From Euprymna scolopes (lineage: Eukaryota): DNA of 64,000 nucleotides. Of the stretch, positions 1-12,445 are shown piece after piece. The notes beneath the pieces are model-generated. The model did no database searches. It was not told the origin of the DNA and saw nothing but the letters and a program-made list of their open reading frames with translations. The stretch lies in the NCBI GenBank assembly GCA_053919585.1, contig CM132794.1; one strand, given 5' to 3'. Made by a program: the position numbers and the translations under genes. Position 1 is the stretch's first letter, and the number at the start of each line of letters is the position of its first letter.

Positions 1-29
1 GACTGTTTTTATTTATTTTTAATAAAAAC

Positions 30-730
30 TATTCCAACTTCTTCGATTTTTCGAGAGTCTTTCTTTGAACTTACGACCAGCTGGCAAGCGTCTGCTAATT
101 TCATTATGGTAAGGTTTTTTTCAGATTCGAGTTTAGGCAAAACTGTACGCATTTTTCTGAACACTTACTTGATAAAAATCGTGGAGCGAAAATTAAGCAC
201 TTGAACTCCTCAACCGTAATCTCTGTCAATCTCAAGTTGTTACAATGTTTATTTACTATATATGCATATGATAAGTAATTATGATCATAGGATTTACATA
301 CCTTTTATGCATAATTATCGCTTAGACCAAAGCGGCATATTTGGTTCCAAGAGCTCCTTTAGCAATTTAACTGTCTCTAAGAATTCCAATTCATGTTTTT
401 TCCTCGTCGGAGAAAATTTACAAATTTGATATGTTCCGCTGTACCTAGCTGTCTTATAAATAGACTGCCATTTCTTCAGTGTGACCAGCTTTCACAGTAT
501 GTGGAGAAAATATCTGTAGACGTCTAAAATAGGAATGAAACGCTTTCCCTTCTTCTGATAGGTAGTAGAACATTTCCAGAGAATTAAAGATGTTGTTATT
601 AGAATATGAGAAATTTCTTTCATTTGCAGGGTTGTAGTTTAATTTCGTCAGAATCAATCGTTGAATTTCTAAATGCTTGTTCTGTATTTCTGCGGACGCG
701 TTCGAATTGTCGAGAATCAAATACATGATA
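30..730 (-). mobile_element. Degenerate Ty3/Gypsy gag remnant
   Basis: Frameshifted minus-strand translation gives FYYLSEEGKAFHSYFRR, IRQLGTAEHIKFVNFL, EEFKCLIF and LPKLESEKNLTIMKLADACQ. These parallel the gag at 52.6-53.1 kb (FRYSPEEDLTIEAY, GTSEHNKFVDYI, DNFKCLIF, LELEPDFTLR*LAEDGQ). Confidence 0.8.
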
Positions 731-3664
731 TTCCGGAAACGTTTATTTTAATTTCGCGACGATCGTAATAGATTGCGAAAGTTTAAATAAAGTGTATGCA
801 AATAAAGTATCTAAAAACGTAACTATGTTTGAAAAATATAATAAATTGCTTAACACATGTACTAATACAGTGCCCACTTTTTTCTCGGCATCGCCTTGAA
901 AAAGTATAAAAAGCGAGCGAGAGGGAAAGAGAGATCGAGAGAGAGAGCGAGAGAGTAACAGAAAGTTGGGATGAATATATACACAGGAAGAAAGGAGGAA
1001 AGACAGAGCAAATGCAAACTTAATCCATTAAATGCAAGAAAATGTACGTAACAATTTTATCAGAGTGCACAAAGATAACATTGCGACGCCATATTTGAAT
1101 GGTATTCTAGCGTGCGTTTAAAATGTGTATACCATACATTCGGAATATAGGAATTGTCAGAGTTCAGCCCATCAAATTGCGCGGAATTAGTCTGAAAATA
1201 CTTTTTCTTTAATTTTTGAATAGAAAATGGAAATATTATGTTTTCTCTAGGAGTTGATGAACCAGTTATGAAGGATAAAGCCCATATCTGTCGAAAGTTA
1301 AGAATTCCTTCCGGTGATAACTTGTAAGGAACTCTAGAAAATACTTTCGCTAACGATGGTTGCGATTGTGATGATTTCTTCTCTACAATAAAATGTGGGA
1401 TGATTTTAATATGCATGAATGTGGTAAAAATGAGTTCTAAAGTGATATAAATCAGTGGCTAATAATCTAAACATGATACATTTAGGTTTTGTTGCAATCT
1501 TATGGTGTTCTTGTTCGGGGAGGAATTTCTACAATGACAATATAGTATATGATGTTTATATTATTTGGAGTAAAACGACAGTGTTCTTACACACATTTCA
1601 GCATTTTAATTTCAATTTTTTCAGTTATTTAATTTCGTTATTCATGTTTCTTTGAAGAATGGGAGTGATAAAATCTTGTACGTCCAAGGAATCATCACCA
1701 ATTATTACTCTTGTTTAATATAGCTTTTGCCCCTTTTACTATTATATTTATACTCACAAGTGCAACGTATAACCGATTATTAACCTTTATACTACTATAT
1801 ATTTAAATATACTCAAACAACACATATATTTACATTTAAATGAATTTAAAAGTAAAGAGTATCACTTGAGAGACTTAAAAATATACGAAAGATAACGGAA
1901 CAATATGTTTTTTTTTTTCGTAAAACGTAATGTATAATCAGATGGTTTCGATTTAGAAATTGAAGCAACGAAATAACTTTATAGGTTTCTCTTATTATTT
2001 TTTCAACATTGTTCAAACACTTTTCTCGCATTTATGGAAATGCGTCGTAGAAATAAAAACATTTATATACATTCCGTGTCAATATAATTAAAACATATCC
2101 ATACATATATATGTGTTAACTGGTCGTTTTCATTTTACAATACATATTAGTTGTGTATTAGAATTATTACAGTCAGGGTCTCTGTTTTTATATGAGTAAT
2201 GGACATTCTAGTCACCTGCACCAGAAATGAAAATACTGAATAGAAATCTTCATAAATTATAAATGATGCATATTTCTAGCAAACCTAGTCAAAATTATAT
2301 AATCAAATATATTTTGATTGTGGTAAACGATGAAAGGTACAACATATTCATATGTTGCTTAAATTACACTTATTTACAAACTAAGTGTGGTGTGAGGATG
2401 TTATTATAAACACTTATTCGGGATTCTGTTCACTCGCACGCATTATTGTTATAGATTTTCGTCTTTTGTTTAAAACGCCTCTTTCTAGTTGATTTTGGTT
2501 AATGTATTTCTAGGCGTTATAATAAACGAATTTTCTTGTATGACTGAATCTAACTATTACCAGTATATTATGAAATATTTGACCTTTATGCATTAGTGGG
2601 TTTAGATATAATTATAAATTCTATCTGTTTTCACATTTACCGTTGCGCTTACAGTTAAGTTTCTTATATCATCGCCATATACGAAATATATAACTTGTAA
2701 TTGTATTTAATGTTATTTAAAAACTCACATTTATCATAAAAATAATGCTTGAAAAGAAGATGTCTACGTGGTGTTATCTTTATATTTTAAATCTAAACTT
2801 AACAAGAAGAGTTTATTGAAAAAAAATGAGGGTTAAACATTGTCCTGGGAGTTTAACTTAATATTTAGTGGTGGGTTATTCCGTCTGTGTTTGATGGATC
2901 ATTATTGTATGTTAGCTGCTTAATCCTCTAATGAGAATAATATTTCTGACGGGAGACTACCGTCGCCTAAAATTCGACATCCGGTTTAAAAGGCACAAAG
3001 CACACATATTTCATATTTTCACCCCAAGTACAAGATGGAAAGAGCAAGAAATAGAAACAAAATGACTGAAATAAAGTGAAAAAACAATGTAGGATATCGA
3101 AAGTAAAAGGACAAAAATATCTTTATGGTGTACGCCGGTAGTTTCGATTTCTTTTAATTTTACCGAAGTCAGTATCAATTTATATTGATCTGACATTAGA
3201 CCCAACAGGCATCACTGATCGTCAAGTTGTCAGTTTTAGTTGATTGAAGAGTTCCTCTATCTTCCATATATAAATAACACGTTTTCGACATTACGTGTCT
3301 TCACAAGAAAATTATAAATCTAAAAAAAGATGGCACAAATGAGAGAAACTTCAGCCCTAACAAAAGGTTTTCCTTGATGGTTTGAATTTGCTGCCTCTTT
3401 AGGCATATGAAAATGTTTTTTTCCATTTTTATTACTATCACATGACAAATCAAACATTAAATATAAGTTGAGATTACAATGTGTGATTATATTAAGATAA
3501 TACAATTATTGTTTTCATTGGAATGCGTGTAATTAAAATTATCATGTAAATATTTTGTTTATAGTTATTAAGCAGGTGTTTCAGGAAGTGTGAAAGAACT
3601 TGAGGTTAGTAATAAGAGACATTTGAATAACATCTTTAAAGAAATACTTGCAAACGAGTATAAT

Positions 3665-4341
3665 TAATAAAAACGCCAAAATGGTTGCTGGAAAAATGGT
3701 GGTATCATTATACCGCTCCATATATATCTCACTCCTGAGCGAATGCTCTATCTATATAAAAGCCAAGTACGTTTAAGTATGGAGTACTGTTTCCATATCT
3801 GGACGGCAGCTGCTAGAAGCAGCGTATCCTGTCATAACAGAGTTCAAAAAAGACTTCATAGCTTTGTGGGGGATGCCGTCTATCTTCCGTTCAACTTCTT
3901 TCCCACAGAAGAGACGTTGCGTGACTATCTTTGTTTTATCATTATTACGATAGAAAGTGCTTGTCTGAACTCCATCTATGCCCTCCCTCGCCAATCTGTC
4001 ATGAAAACACGCGTCTAGCAAAAACCACTGTCAATAAGTTTCCCGTTTTTTTTATCTATGCCTTAATCACAACGTTGACCAAATGAACAAAGCTTCTTTC
4101 TTAGAACTGCACGCCTATGGACCTCTCTTCCATTTTTCTGCGTCCCCGCTAAATACAACTTGATTGTTTTTAAGTCCAACATAAACCAATTCTTGATGAG
4201 CAGCCCCATTTAGTAATCGAATTTAAAAAAATCATATAACTAATGATTACTACAATATTATCTCATAGATTAATGTACACTGTAAACTCCTTATCCTCAA
4301 GTGGTATCTGAGCCCTGATAAGCGGTGACTCCTATGTAAAA
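3665..4341 (+). mobile_element. 5'-truncated CR1/Zenon-like LINE (ORF2 C-terminus and 3' end)
   Basis: LYKSQVRLSMEYCFHIW...RVQKRL. Strong DNA similarity to 18050-18695 (e.g. tcccacagaagagacgttgcg). Ends at the shared 3' motif ...gtgactcctatgtaaaa. Confidence 0.85.
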
Positions 4342-4525
4342 NNNNNNNNNNNNNNNNNNNNNNNNNNNNNNNNNNNNNNNNNNNNNNNNNNNNNNNNNNN
4401 NNNNNNNNNNNNNNNNNNNNNNNNNNNNNNNNNNNNNNNNNNNNNNNNNNNNNNNNNNNNNNNNNNNNNNNNNNNNNNNNNNNNNNNNNNNNNNNNNNNN
4501 NNNNNNNNNNNNNNNNNNNNNNNNN

Positions 4526-5391
4526 NTGTGTGTCTGTCTGCCTGTGTATACTTCCTTTCCAAATAACTCTGTCAATTTTCGGTCTACAGACTCGAGATTT
4601 GACAAAAGTGGTATTGAAATCTGGGAAAATCTTTTAATCAGTTTTAGACTAGAAAGTTGGTTGTTAAACTGTCAATGAATCAACGATTTGACATTTAAAA
4701 ACTTTACCATACTCCTCCCCTAATTTTGTAAATTTTAGATATCTGTTTTTCAGACATTAATCTATCATTATAATTTGATTTGACACCAAATTAATACATC
4801 TTAGGAGTCATAATTGGAAGCACATTTTAATAAATGACATCCGCGGTCTTTACCAAATTACCCAGTCAATTTTTGGTCTAAACATTTGAGATTTTACATA
4901 AAGTGTGTTCAGACATATTACAAGCTTGTTAATCGATTTTTTTCATGAAAATTTGGCTTTCAGTGGATCAAAGTTAAAAAGATATAATTTTTGTGGTATC
5001 TAGCAATCTAGTAAGCCAAGCTTGTGTTTTTCGACGAAGAATTTGGCTGGCAGGGGGTCAAAGTTTACAAAGTTTACCATTGCAGACTCTACGAAACTCC
5101 GCCATTTTGAGTCTAAATATTTAAAATGTAAGATCTAGGTCACTTAAGCATGGATCAACATGTTTTATTTAATTTGATCCCCCCAAAATAAAGATATATA
5201 TGTCAAAAGTGGGGTAAAATTCAAAAGAAAATTGCCGTCTACGATTTCTACCACTTTTTCATTATAGTAGTTAAAATGCCTATTATATAGAAAGGCATTA
5301 ACGTACATATTCCCACTTTTAAATATATACATATGCACATAAACTAATGAACAGTGCATAAGGCCCGGGAAACGCCGGGCCGAACTGCTAG
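4526..5391 (+). mobile_element. Non-autonomous Helitron-like element (5' end in N gap)
   Basis: 3' hairpin GCCCGG-gaaacg-CCGGGC followed 7 nt later by CTAG-T (5388-5391). Internal ~140-bp subrepeats and a (TG)/(TCTG) tract near the 5' side. Confidence 0.75.
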
Positions 5392-6030
5392 TATATCTAT
5401 GAAAGTGAAAATGTATGTGTGTGTGTCTGTTTGTGTGTGTACATGCCCTACCAACTGATTGTTACTTTCCTGTCTACAGTCTAGAGATTTGACAAAAGGG
5501 GGGTGTGAGAGTTAGGAAAATCTATTTAATCAGTTTCAGCCCAGAAATTTGGCTGTTAAGGAGTTCAACGATTTTACCTTTAAGCATTCTACCAATTTTG
5601 GGCCTGAACACTTGAAAATTTAGATATAGGTTTCTTACCCATGGATCTTACTTTATAATTGCATTTTTAATCTAACCTATGAATTCTAAGAGGGTATAAT
5701 TCGGGTTACATTTTAAAAAAACGTGCTCCTCTGCCGTTTTTATCTTATAAGTCAATTAATTTTTAGTCTAAACATTTGAAATTAGACATGACGTACATTC
5801 AGTATTTTAATCACTTTTTGCTAAGAATTGGGCTTTCAATGGCTCAAAGTTCCAAAGAATTTACCTTTGCGGTCTCTAGAAAACTATAAAGGACATTTTG
5901 GGTTTAAGCATTTGAAATTGTACATGAATGGTATTTAGACATGCAACAAGATTTCAATCAGTTTTTTGGCGAATATTTGAGCTGCCAAGAGGTTAAATTT
6001 GACAGAGTTGGCGTTTATAGACTCTACCAG
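5392..6030 (+). mobile_element. Helitron-like element, 5' part (second tandem copy)
   Basis: Starts tatatctatgaaagtgaaaatgtatgtgtgtg directly after the previous CTAG. Similar to 4526-5100 (gtctacag..gagatttgacaaaag). Confidence 0.7.
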
Positions 6031-6040
6031 TCGGAGGAGG

Positions 6041-6664
6041 TAGGTAGAGTTCTCAAATGTCAACTCGTTGAACTTTAACCCCTTTAATCGCACAATTTCT
6101 TGCCTAAACTATATCGCATCGCTTTTTCCAAATCTCAGTACCCTGTATATCAAATTTCGAGTTATTGCGTAGGGAAATGTACACAAGCACACAAACAGAC
6201 ACACTCACAGACACACACAGACACGTTCACTTTTATATATGTACTAGCATTTCAGCCCGGCGTTGCCCGGGTGTTTGGATGTGGATGTGGAGCAAAAAAA
6301 AGTGGTAGTAGGAAGGCAGACTCGAACCCGTAACCCAAAGCAGGAAAAGAACTGGGTAAAACCCAGCGTTTATGCTGTTACGCCCACCGCAAAACCGGAA
6401 ACGACATTTTTTAAAATTAAGACTAGACAATCTAAAGTAGAGTAGATCCATGTCCAAGGAACATATATCTAAAATTTTAAGTTCGTAGACCCAAAATTGT
6501 CCGAGGAGTTTGGTAGAGTTATCAGAGGTCAAATCGTTGAACGTTGACCCCTTAATCGGCAAATGTCTGGCCAAATACCGATCACATCGATTATTCCTAA
6601 TCTCAGTACCCTGTATATCAAATTTCGAGTCTGTAGACTAAAAATTGACGGAGTGATTGCGTAG
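6041..6664 (-). mobile_element. Two head-to-tail Helitron-like copies on the minus strand
   Basis: Minus strand reads CCCGGGcaacgCCGGG-ctgaaatg-CTAG-T (CTAG at 6244-6247), then acatatataaaagtgaacgtgtctgtgtg, the start of the next copy. Same subrepeats as 4526-6030, inverted. Confidence 0.7.
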
Positions 6665-8019
6665 NNNNNNNNNNNNNNNNNNNNNNNNNNNNNNNNNNNN
6701 NNNNNNNNNNNNNNNNNNNNNNNNNNNNNNNNNNNNNNNNNNNNNNNNNNNNNNNNNNNNNNNNNNNNNNNNNNNNNNNNNNNNNNNNNNNNNNNNNNNN
6801 NNNNNNNNNNNNNNNNNNNNNNNNNNNNNNNNNTGCGTGGATAACTCCTATTTCCCTCCCCCGACATTTTCAATATACTAGCATTCTCCTCCCACTCATA
6901 CTTAATTCACTCACTACTATACATACGGTCCGATATCAATGGAGAAAATTTTGTTTTATTTGTAAATGTTATTTCAATGCGTATCTCAGTATTGGGCAGC
7001 GTCGGCCTTCATGCTAATAATATTATACATAAGCCAGAATTTTACGTAAATTATCATAATGCATTTATATTTCATTTATATACTTATGTGCATTGAACAC
7101 TTTTTAAGAAATAATGATTTTTCGTCCATATTACTGTACTTGAATTTATTTATTATATATTTATCTGTGTATGCGTCTGTTAGTGTATGCGCGTATATTT
7201 TTCATATCAACTCGAGAACGTTTACAGCTAAGATAGGCCCAAAACATCACCTTCAAAAGAACAGAAGACATTACGCGTAAATGTATCATCTAATTATTAC
7301 TTTGTTCTCTTTATTGTTTCAACTTTGTATGATTCTTATTGATACGCACGCAATACATCGCTCTACAATTATCGATTAAGGCAAACAAACACGAGAACAA
7401 AAATCAGAATCTGCACAAAATATTTGCATACAACATTATTAATTAGTACGGCGTGCAAATTACGTACTATACTGTTTATATTTATATTATATTTATATTT
7501 GTTCTTTTACTGATATTGTGTTTGCCATCTTCGTTGGAATATGCTAATACACACATGCAATTATTTTCGGCAGGATATTCGAATAATAACACTTGGATAC
7601 AGCCCATTATGTTTTTCTTGATACTCTGGTTTGACTGCACACGGTAAGGAAAAGGCTCCTCGTTTTATAATTCCAAACATATATGTTTGAAAATATAAGA
7701 ACTGGCATTAAGACGTTTTAATAAATTGTTGAAACTAATGAATGCAATCGCATTATTCAGGATCTCCGGAATACTGTGCATATTGTGAGTGTTATTTTCA
7801 CAACGTTTCTTTCGATGTAACCTCCGAACTTTTTCCAGTTGTATCTCTTCGGACGCGGGAATGTTTCAACAATCATTGCGTTAGCGTACGTGTAAAAATC
7901 CTTTTTAAATGTGATGTTTTCTGACGGTTAAAGCTTCAGTTCTTAGGGTGAGCAAACGAAAAATACAATTGCGAATTACTTGGAATTCTATCCAGCTATA
8001 GTTGATGGGATGAGAGCGT

Positions 8020-8230
8020 GCTACCCCCGTGGGGTAAATATTGGTTTCCATTCGAAACTCTCTCCAAATTCCAGAGTTTGTCTGAAACATTCAAGAGCTC
8101 ACCAAGACGAACCTGAAGAAGTTCGGCACTTAGTTCGATCGAAATTGTAAAATTACACTCAAGTTGAGAACAGTAGTTTGACGATTTAAAATAATGCAAA
8201 TAACAATCCTCATCACAAAAAGTCACAAAC
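8020..8230 (+). mobile_element. Short degenerate hammerhead-bearing repeat (family B)
   Basis: CTGAAGA-agttcgg...cgatc-GAAA at 8113-8144, with downstream sequence resembling 40390-40500. Confidence 0.45.
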
Positions 8231-9199
8231 GTAACACACACACACCCACACCAATATATATATATATATATATATATATTAATATATATATATATATATA
8301 TGTATATATATGTATATATATGAACATAGATGTATACATTGTGTATTCATTGAAATAAGAGGGGTGTTTGATATACGTACTACTTTAGCTTTATCTGACG
8401 CGTGGTACGTCTGAATCTGTTAAAAACGCGCATACGATAAGTGGTCTCTCGTTTGCAGCACAGTTTCGTTTTTTCCCGCACATCACCCGGGACAAGGTGT
8501 TACGTTACTTGATATAAGGAGTTAGTGTTACAAAAATAAAATAAATACCTATTCCCATTACTATTGACATATCCGAGAATTTGTGCAAGAAAACATAAAA
8601 TATTTTTTTTCTTTTGTAATTGTAATCATTTGACGTATCGTACTATACGAATTAGTCATTTATTTTAGACAACACTAATCATGTAACTTGGGTAAAGAAC
8701 AAACAGTGGTGACGAAGAAGACTTTAGGTGTTATTAATTGTATTTAGAAATTATGTGATTTGCAAAAAATGGTAAATCTTTAGACTGATCTTTATATTTT
8801 AAGCAGTAAGATATCGGGCATTTTAGTTAAACATAAATATTATTGAAATCATTGCGCTCCTAAGCACTGTTGTATTTTCGATGTCAAATCAGTGGACGTT
8901 CGAGATATTTAAATTATCTGGCGTTTCCAGGCATCTTAAGATTCTCAAAATTGAATCAAATATATAAACGTGGAGTTAAATGGCAACTGTGTGAACAAGA
9001 TATTATTTGTCTATTCTAGGGAGTATATGTCATTTGCCTTTGTTTAAATACCTTTTAAAATAATTCTCTAAAATAGATATTGATAACGTCATAAAAATAA
9101 AATCAAATGAACGGATCTAGTAAATGCTGAGAAGCAGAAATTTATCGAACTAAAGAAAACGCCACTACAGATTTATTTTTAAACTTTTAATGAAAAAGT

Positions 9200-9900
9200 C
9201 AATTCAGGTTACTTTATTATGTAGTAGAGCTGAAGTCTATTCAAAGTATCTGCCTTCATATTCGATCACTGCCTCGACACCGGTTCAGAACTTAGATTAT
9301 GCCTTTTCCACAAGCGTCGACGGGAGCTCAACGTATACTGAGTGGCTGGCGTCGATCAGGCTGGTTTTGGTTGTGTGGAAGCTCATGTTGGTGATATTCT
9401 CGAGGTATGACTAAACTAAAACGTTCAGCAGGTGCAGGCTTGGGAATAATGGAGCAGTGGGAGAAGGGTGCAAAGTCGTAGCACTTCTGAAGCCCATCCA
9501 TGGTCTCGGGGGACGCCGAGTCCTGGTGCCATACCGAGGTTCCAGCAGTGGTCACCTGATTCCAATAGGGGCTCCCCACACTTTTCAACACGCCCAGGTG
9601 TACTTTGGTGTTGACGTAAAACTGATTCTGAAGATGTGAGTTGGCGATGTGGCCCCCACTTGAAACTACACCAAAGACATAAACGTGCCTGGAAACTTAA
9701 GTGAGCTGTTATCTCAATTGTTGAATCATCTGGATTTGCGTTTTTGTATAATCCGAATTTGAGTTTTTTCACTAAAGAGAATGAGTTGTAGTGCCGCATC
9801 TCCGAACTAGCTGGCTTAAGATTATGTAACTTAAAAACTTGATAGAATACTCCTATTGCTCTCGGGATTTGAATAAACCTGGCCCACTGGTAGATGGTCG
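9200..9900 (-). mobile_element. Tc1/mariner superfamily (maT/DD37D-like) transposase relic
   Basis: VNTKVHLGVLKSV...VWHQDSA...LQKCYDFAPFSH...LENITNMSFHTTKTSLI...VEAVIEYEGRYFE* matches the QQDSAP and C-terminal EAVIEAEGGYIE pattern. Frameshifted. Confidence 0.8.
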
Positions 9901-10619
9901 GCAACAACAAAAATAGAAACTGTTTTTATCAAACGAATATTTAATCATGTTGTTATTTCTCGATTGGCAGTTATATGGTTTCTCCTTGTATTTAATAAAG
10001 CTCGACTTCAATAAGAATCCAAATATTTCAAAAATGATTGCCCGTTATTCAGCTAGAGGCTTACAAAACACTATCAATTCCAGGCGTAAGCTTGTAAGTT
10101 AAATCGAGCGTATTATGAAAATAAGTTGCATAAAACGTTGTAGAAAAGACACGGCGTTATTCAAAGTAAATAGTCCCCCCCGAAACACGTGGGGAACCTT
10201 TATATGTCAATAAATCTGCAAGATAAAAACAAGTAATATTACTAAAAGAATAAGCGTTGTGTCACTCTCAGACAGAAGCATTTTGCAATTTTATTTTAAT
10301 ATACACTGTAATATGTATCAATATGAGAAATGTGTGAAAACTTATACTATAAGTGTAATATAAAAAACAAAACGATTACATAATTCACTCTTATAGATAT
10401 ATAGATAGATACTACTTAAATATTAATTTTATGAATGTGGCATTATCGGTATAATAAGTGACACTAATGTTGAAGTTAAAACTTCGTATTATACATAGAG
10501 AATAGTATCAGAAAACTTGAGATAAATGTAATAATTGCAATACACGTTGTGTTTCCATTTACACATATGTTGAGTATTTAAGAAGACGCTGGTTGAAGTA
10601 ACATACATTGTTTTGCTTG

Positions 10620-11650
10620 AAAATAATTAGAAGTATGCAAGTCTGTTACCTATGTCTGCATATATCGAAAAAGGGATTAGCTTGAAGTCCTTGACATTTT
10701 CATGAAAATGATTTCAAAACATTGATGCTTAGCATACTCTAGAGATTGTTGGCTTGGAAAGGAAGAGAATCTAATTTACTTCCTTCTTGAGCAGAGACAC
10801 AAAATACTCTTCCCTCAGCTACACAAATAAGCTTAATCAAGCAATTTAGTAAAACACTGAGCTTTCTGAATTGTTTATACAAGGCTTTTTCTAGGATTGA
10901 CCATAACGAAGTTGAAAGCTGCGACATTTGACTATACTCAGATTCGGTAGCTTTTTCAGGATTGGCCATGAAACATTTGAAAGCTACCATCTTTGATGTT
11001 CAATAGTTTAGGCGGCTCGATAGAAATCCAGAGCTCGAACACAAAATGAACGAAGAACCAGAAGCCTGCAGGCATTAATTTTTGTATTAAATAAATTTCT
11101 TGGCAATTAGGAGAGCAGGAATAACGCAAGACCTTTCACTAACATTGAGACTGTTTTTGATAACCTAGGATATAGGATGAGTGTCAAGATGCACTATGTT
11201 GATATATGGACAGTTCTCCTGGGGATCTGGGTTCAATGTGTTACAAGCATGGGGGAGAACTTCCATCAGGACCTTAGAAAGATGGTGATCTGGTATGAGA
11301 GTAGCTAGTAGGCATATATAGGTGTTGCAACATTTGGTATCGTAAGAGTAAACTCCCTGCTGCTGAGCAATTCAGGAGATCGAAAAAACGGTAAATCAAA
11401 CACTGAAGTTTGAACAATGGTGACCTAACATGCAATTACCGTGTACTTTCTTTTAACCACGAGGGCTACTCCCTAAACAGTAATCGATGTCTCTAGCAGG
11501 TAGTCTATATATGATGTTGGCAAAATATTTTCCAATAAAATCATATATAAGGTTATGTGTTGAGAAATATCATCTGATAAAGCCAGAGATATGTGCTCGA
11601 TTGTGTCGCAATATCTGATTTCTGTTTTGACAACTAAACACAAAACACTG
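10620..11650 (+). mobile_element. CMC/Chapaev3-like DNA transposase relic
   Basis: Broken frames give SLIKQFSKTL, AFSGLAMKHLKATIFD, NKFLGN, MSVKMHY, GDLGSM and ENFHQDLRKM, matching the recalled LKAGIFDGPQIR / MSIKxHY / QGERFHQD motifs. Confidence 0.75.
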
Positions 11651-12264
11651 AGTTAATGAAGAGTAACACATATTATTGTCTGATTTAACAGGGTAATGAT
11701 ACTCTTAATCAATTGTAGAAATCTAAACACCTTCAAAAATTACAAAAAAAATATTGTTCATTAAGATAATCTGAATCTTAAATTTAATATATATTTTGGA
11801 TGTATTATGGTTGTGAAATTCACGAACATATTGTGATATTGATGTTTTTCTTTAATTTCTCCGCAGATATTATTATTTACATTACAAATAATACGTTGTT
11901 TATTATTTTTAATATCTAGTTGGGGTGGGTTAAACACAAAGGCACTTGTGGGTTTAATTTGAGTATTTCTGTAGAAAGTATTGGATTCGACATTGTCAGG
12001 CGAACATTTTAATAAACCTATGTTTATAATGTTTAAATTAATTTATGTGTAAGTTTACATTCAGAGAACTCTCACAGTGTAGTTTGCTCAATTTTATTTA
12101 GTTACAAAAATGTCAATGCATGGATTAATTTTTTTTTATTTGTATTATATCTTAAAAATTCAATTCATGAAACTTTTATACAGTAATACTCTTATCAAAG
12201 TTTAGTAGTATTATACGTTATAACTAATCCGGTCCGTTTTGCATAGTATAAATATATTTTTGCC

Positions 12265-12445
12265 GTTATAATTGTGGACGACCTAATCACAAGAGTTTCC
12301 AATGTAGATACAGGACTCAAAATTGCGACTACATTAAAAAATGTATGTTCGCTAACAGAGCTCTCTACATTTTTAATGTAGTCGCCATTTTGAGTCCTGT
12401 ATCTACATTGGAAACTCTTGTGATTATGTCGTCCACAATTATAAC
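12265..12445. repeat. Near-perfect inverted repeat (~80-bp arms, 20-bp spacer)
   Basis: 12265-12345 is the reverse complement of 12366-12445 with about 3 differences. Confidence 0.95.

Noticed and set aside
296-310. AAAAG|GTATGT donor-like site on the minus strand suggesting an exon
   Set aside because: It lies within the frameshifted Gypsy gag, and no open exon frame leads into it.
1060-1416. 118-aa minus-strand ORF
   Set aside because: No recognisable motif; probably LTR or intergenic sequence upstream of the gag relic.
3255-3420. Possible small PLE 3' end with hammerhead-like CTTGTGA-AGACA..TGTC-GAAA (minus strand)
   Set aside because: The core is mutated and the protein similarity is too short to support a call.
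10739-10990. 83-aa minus-strand ORF as a host exon
   Set aside because: It is antisense to the Chapaev3-like transposase relic on the plus strand.
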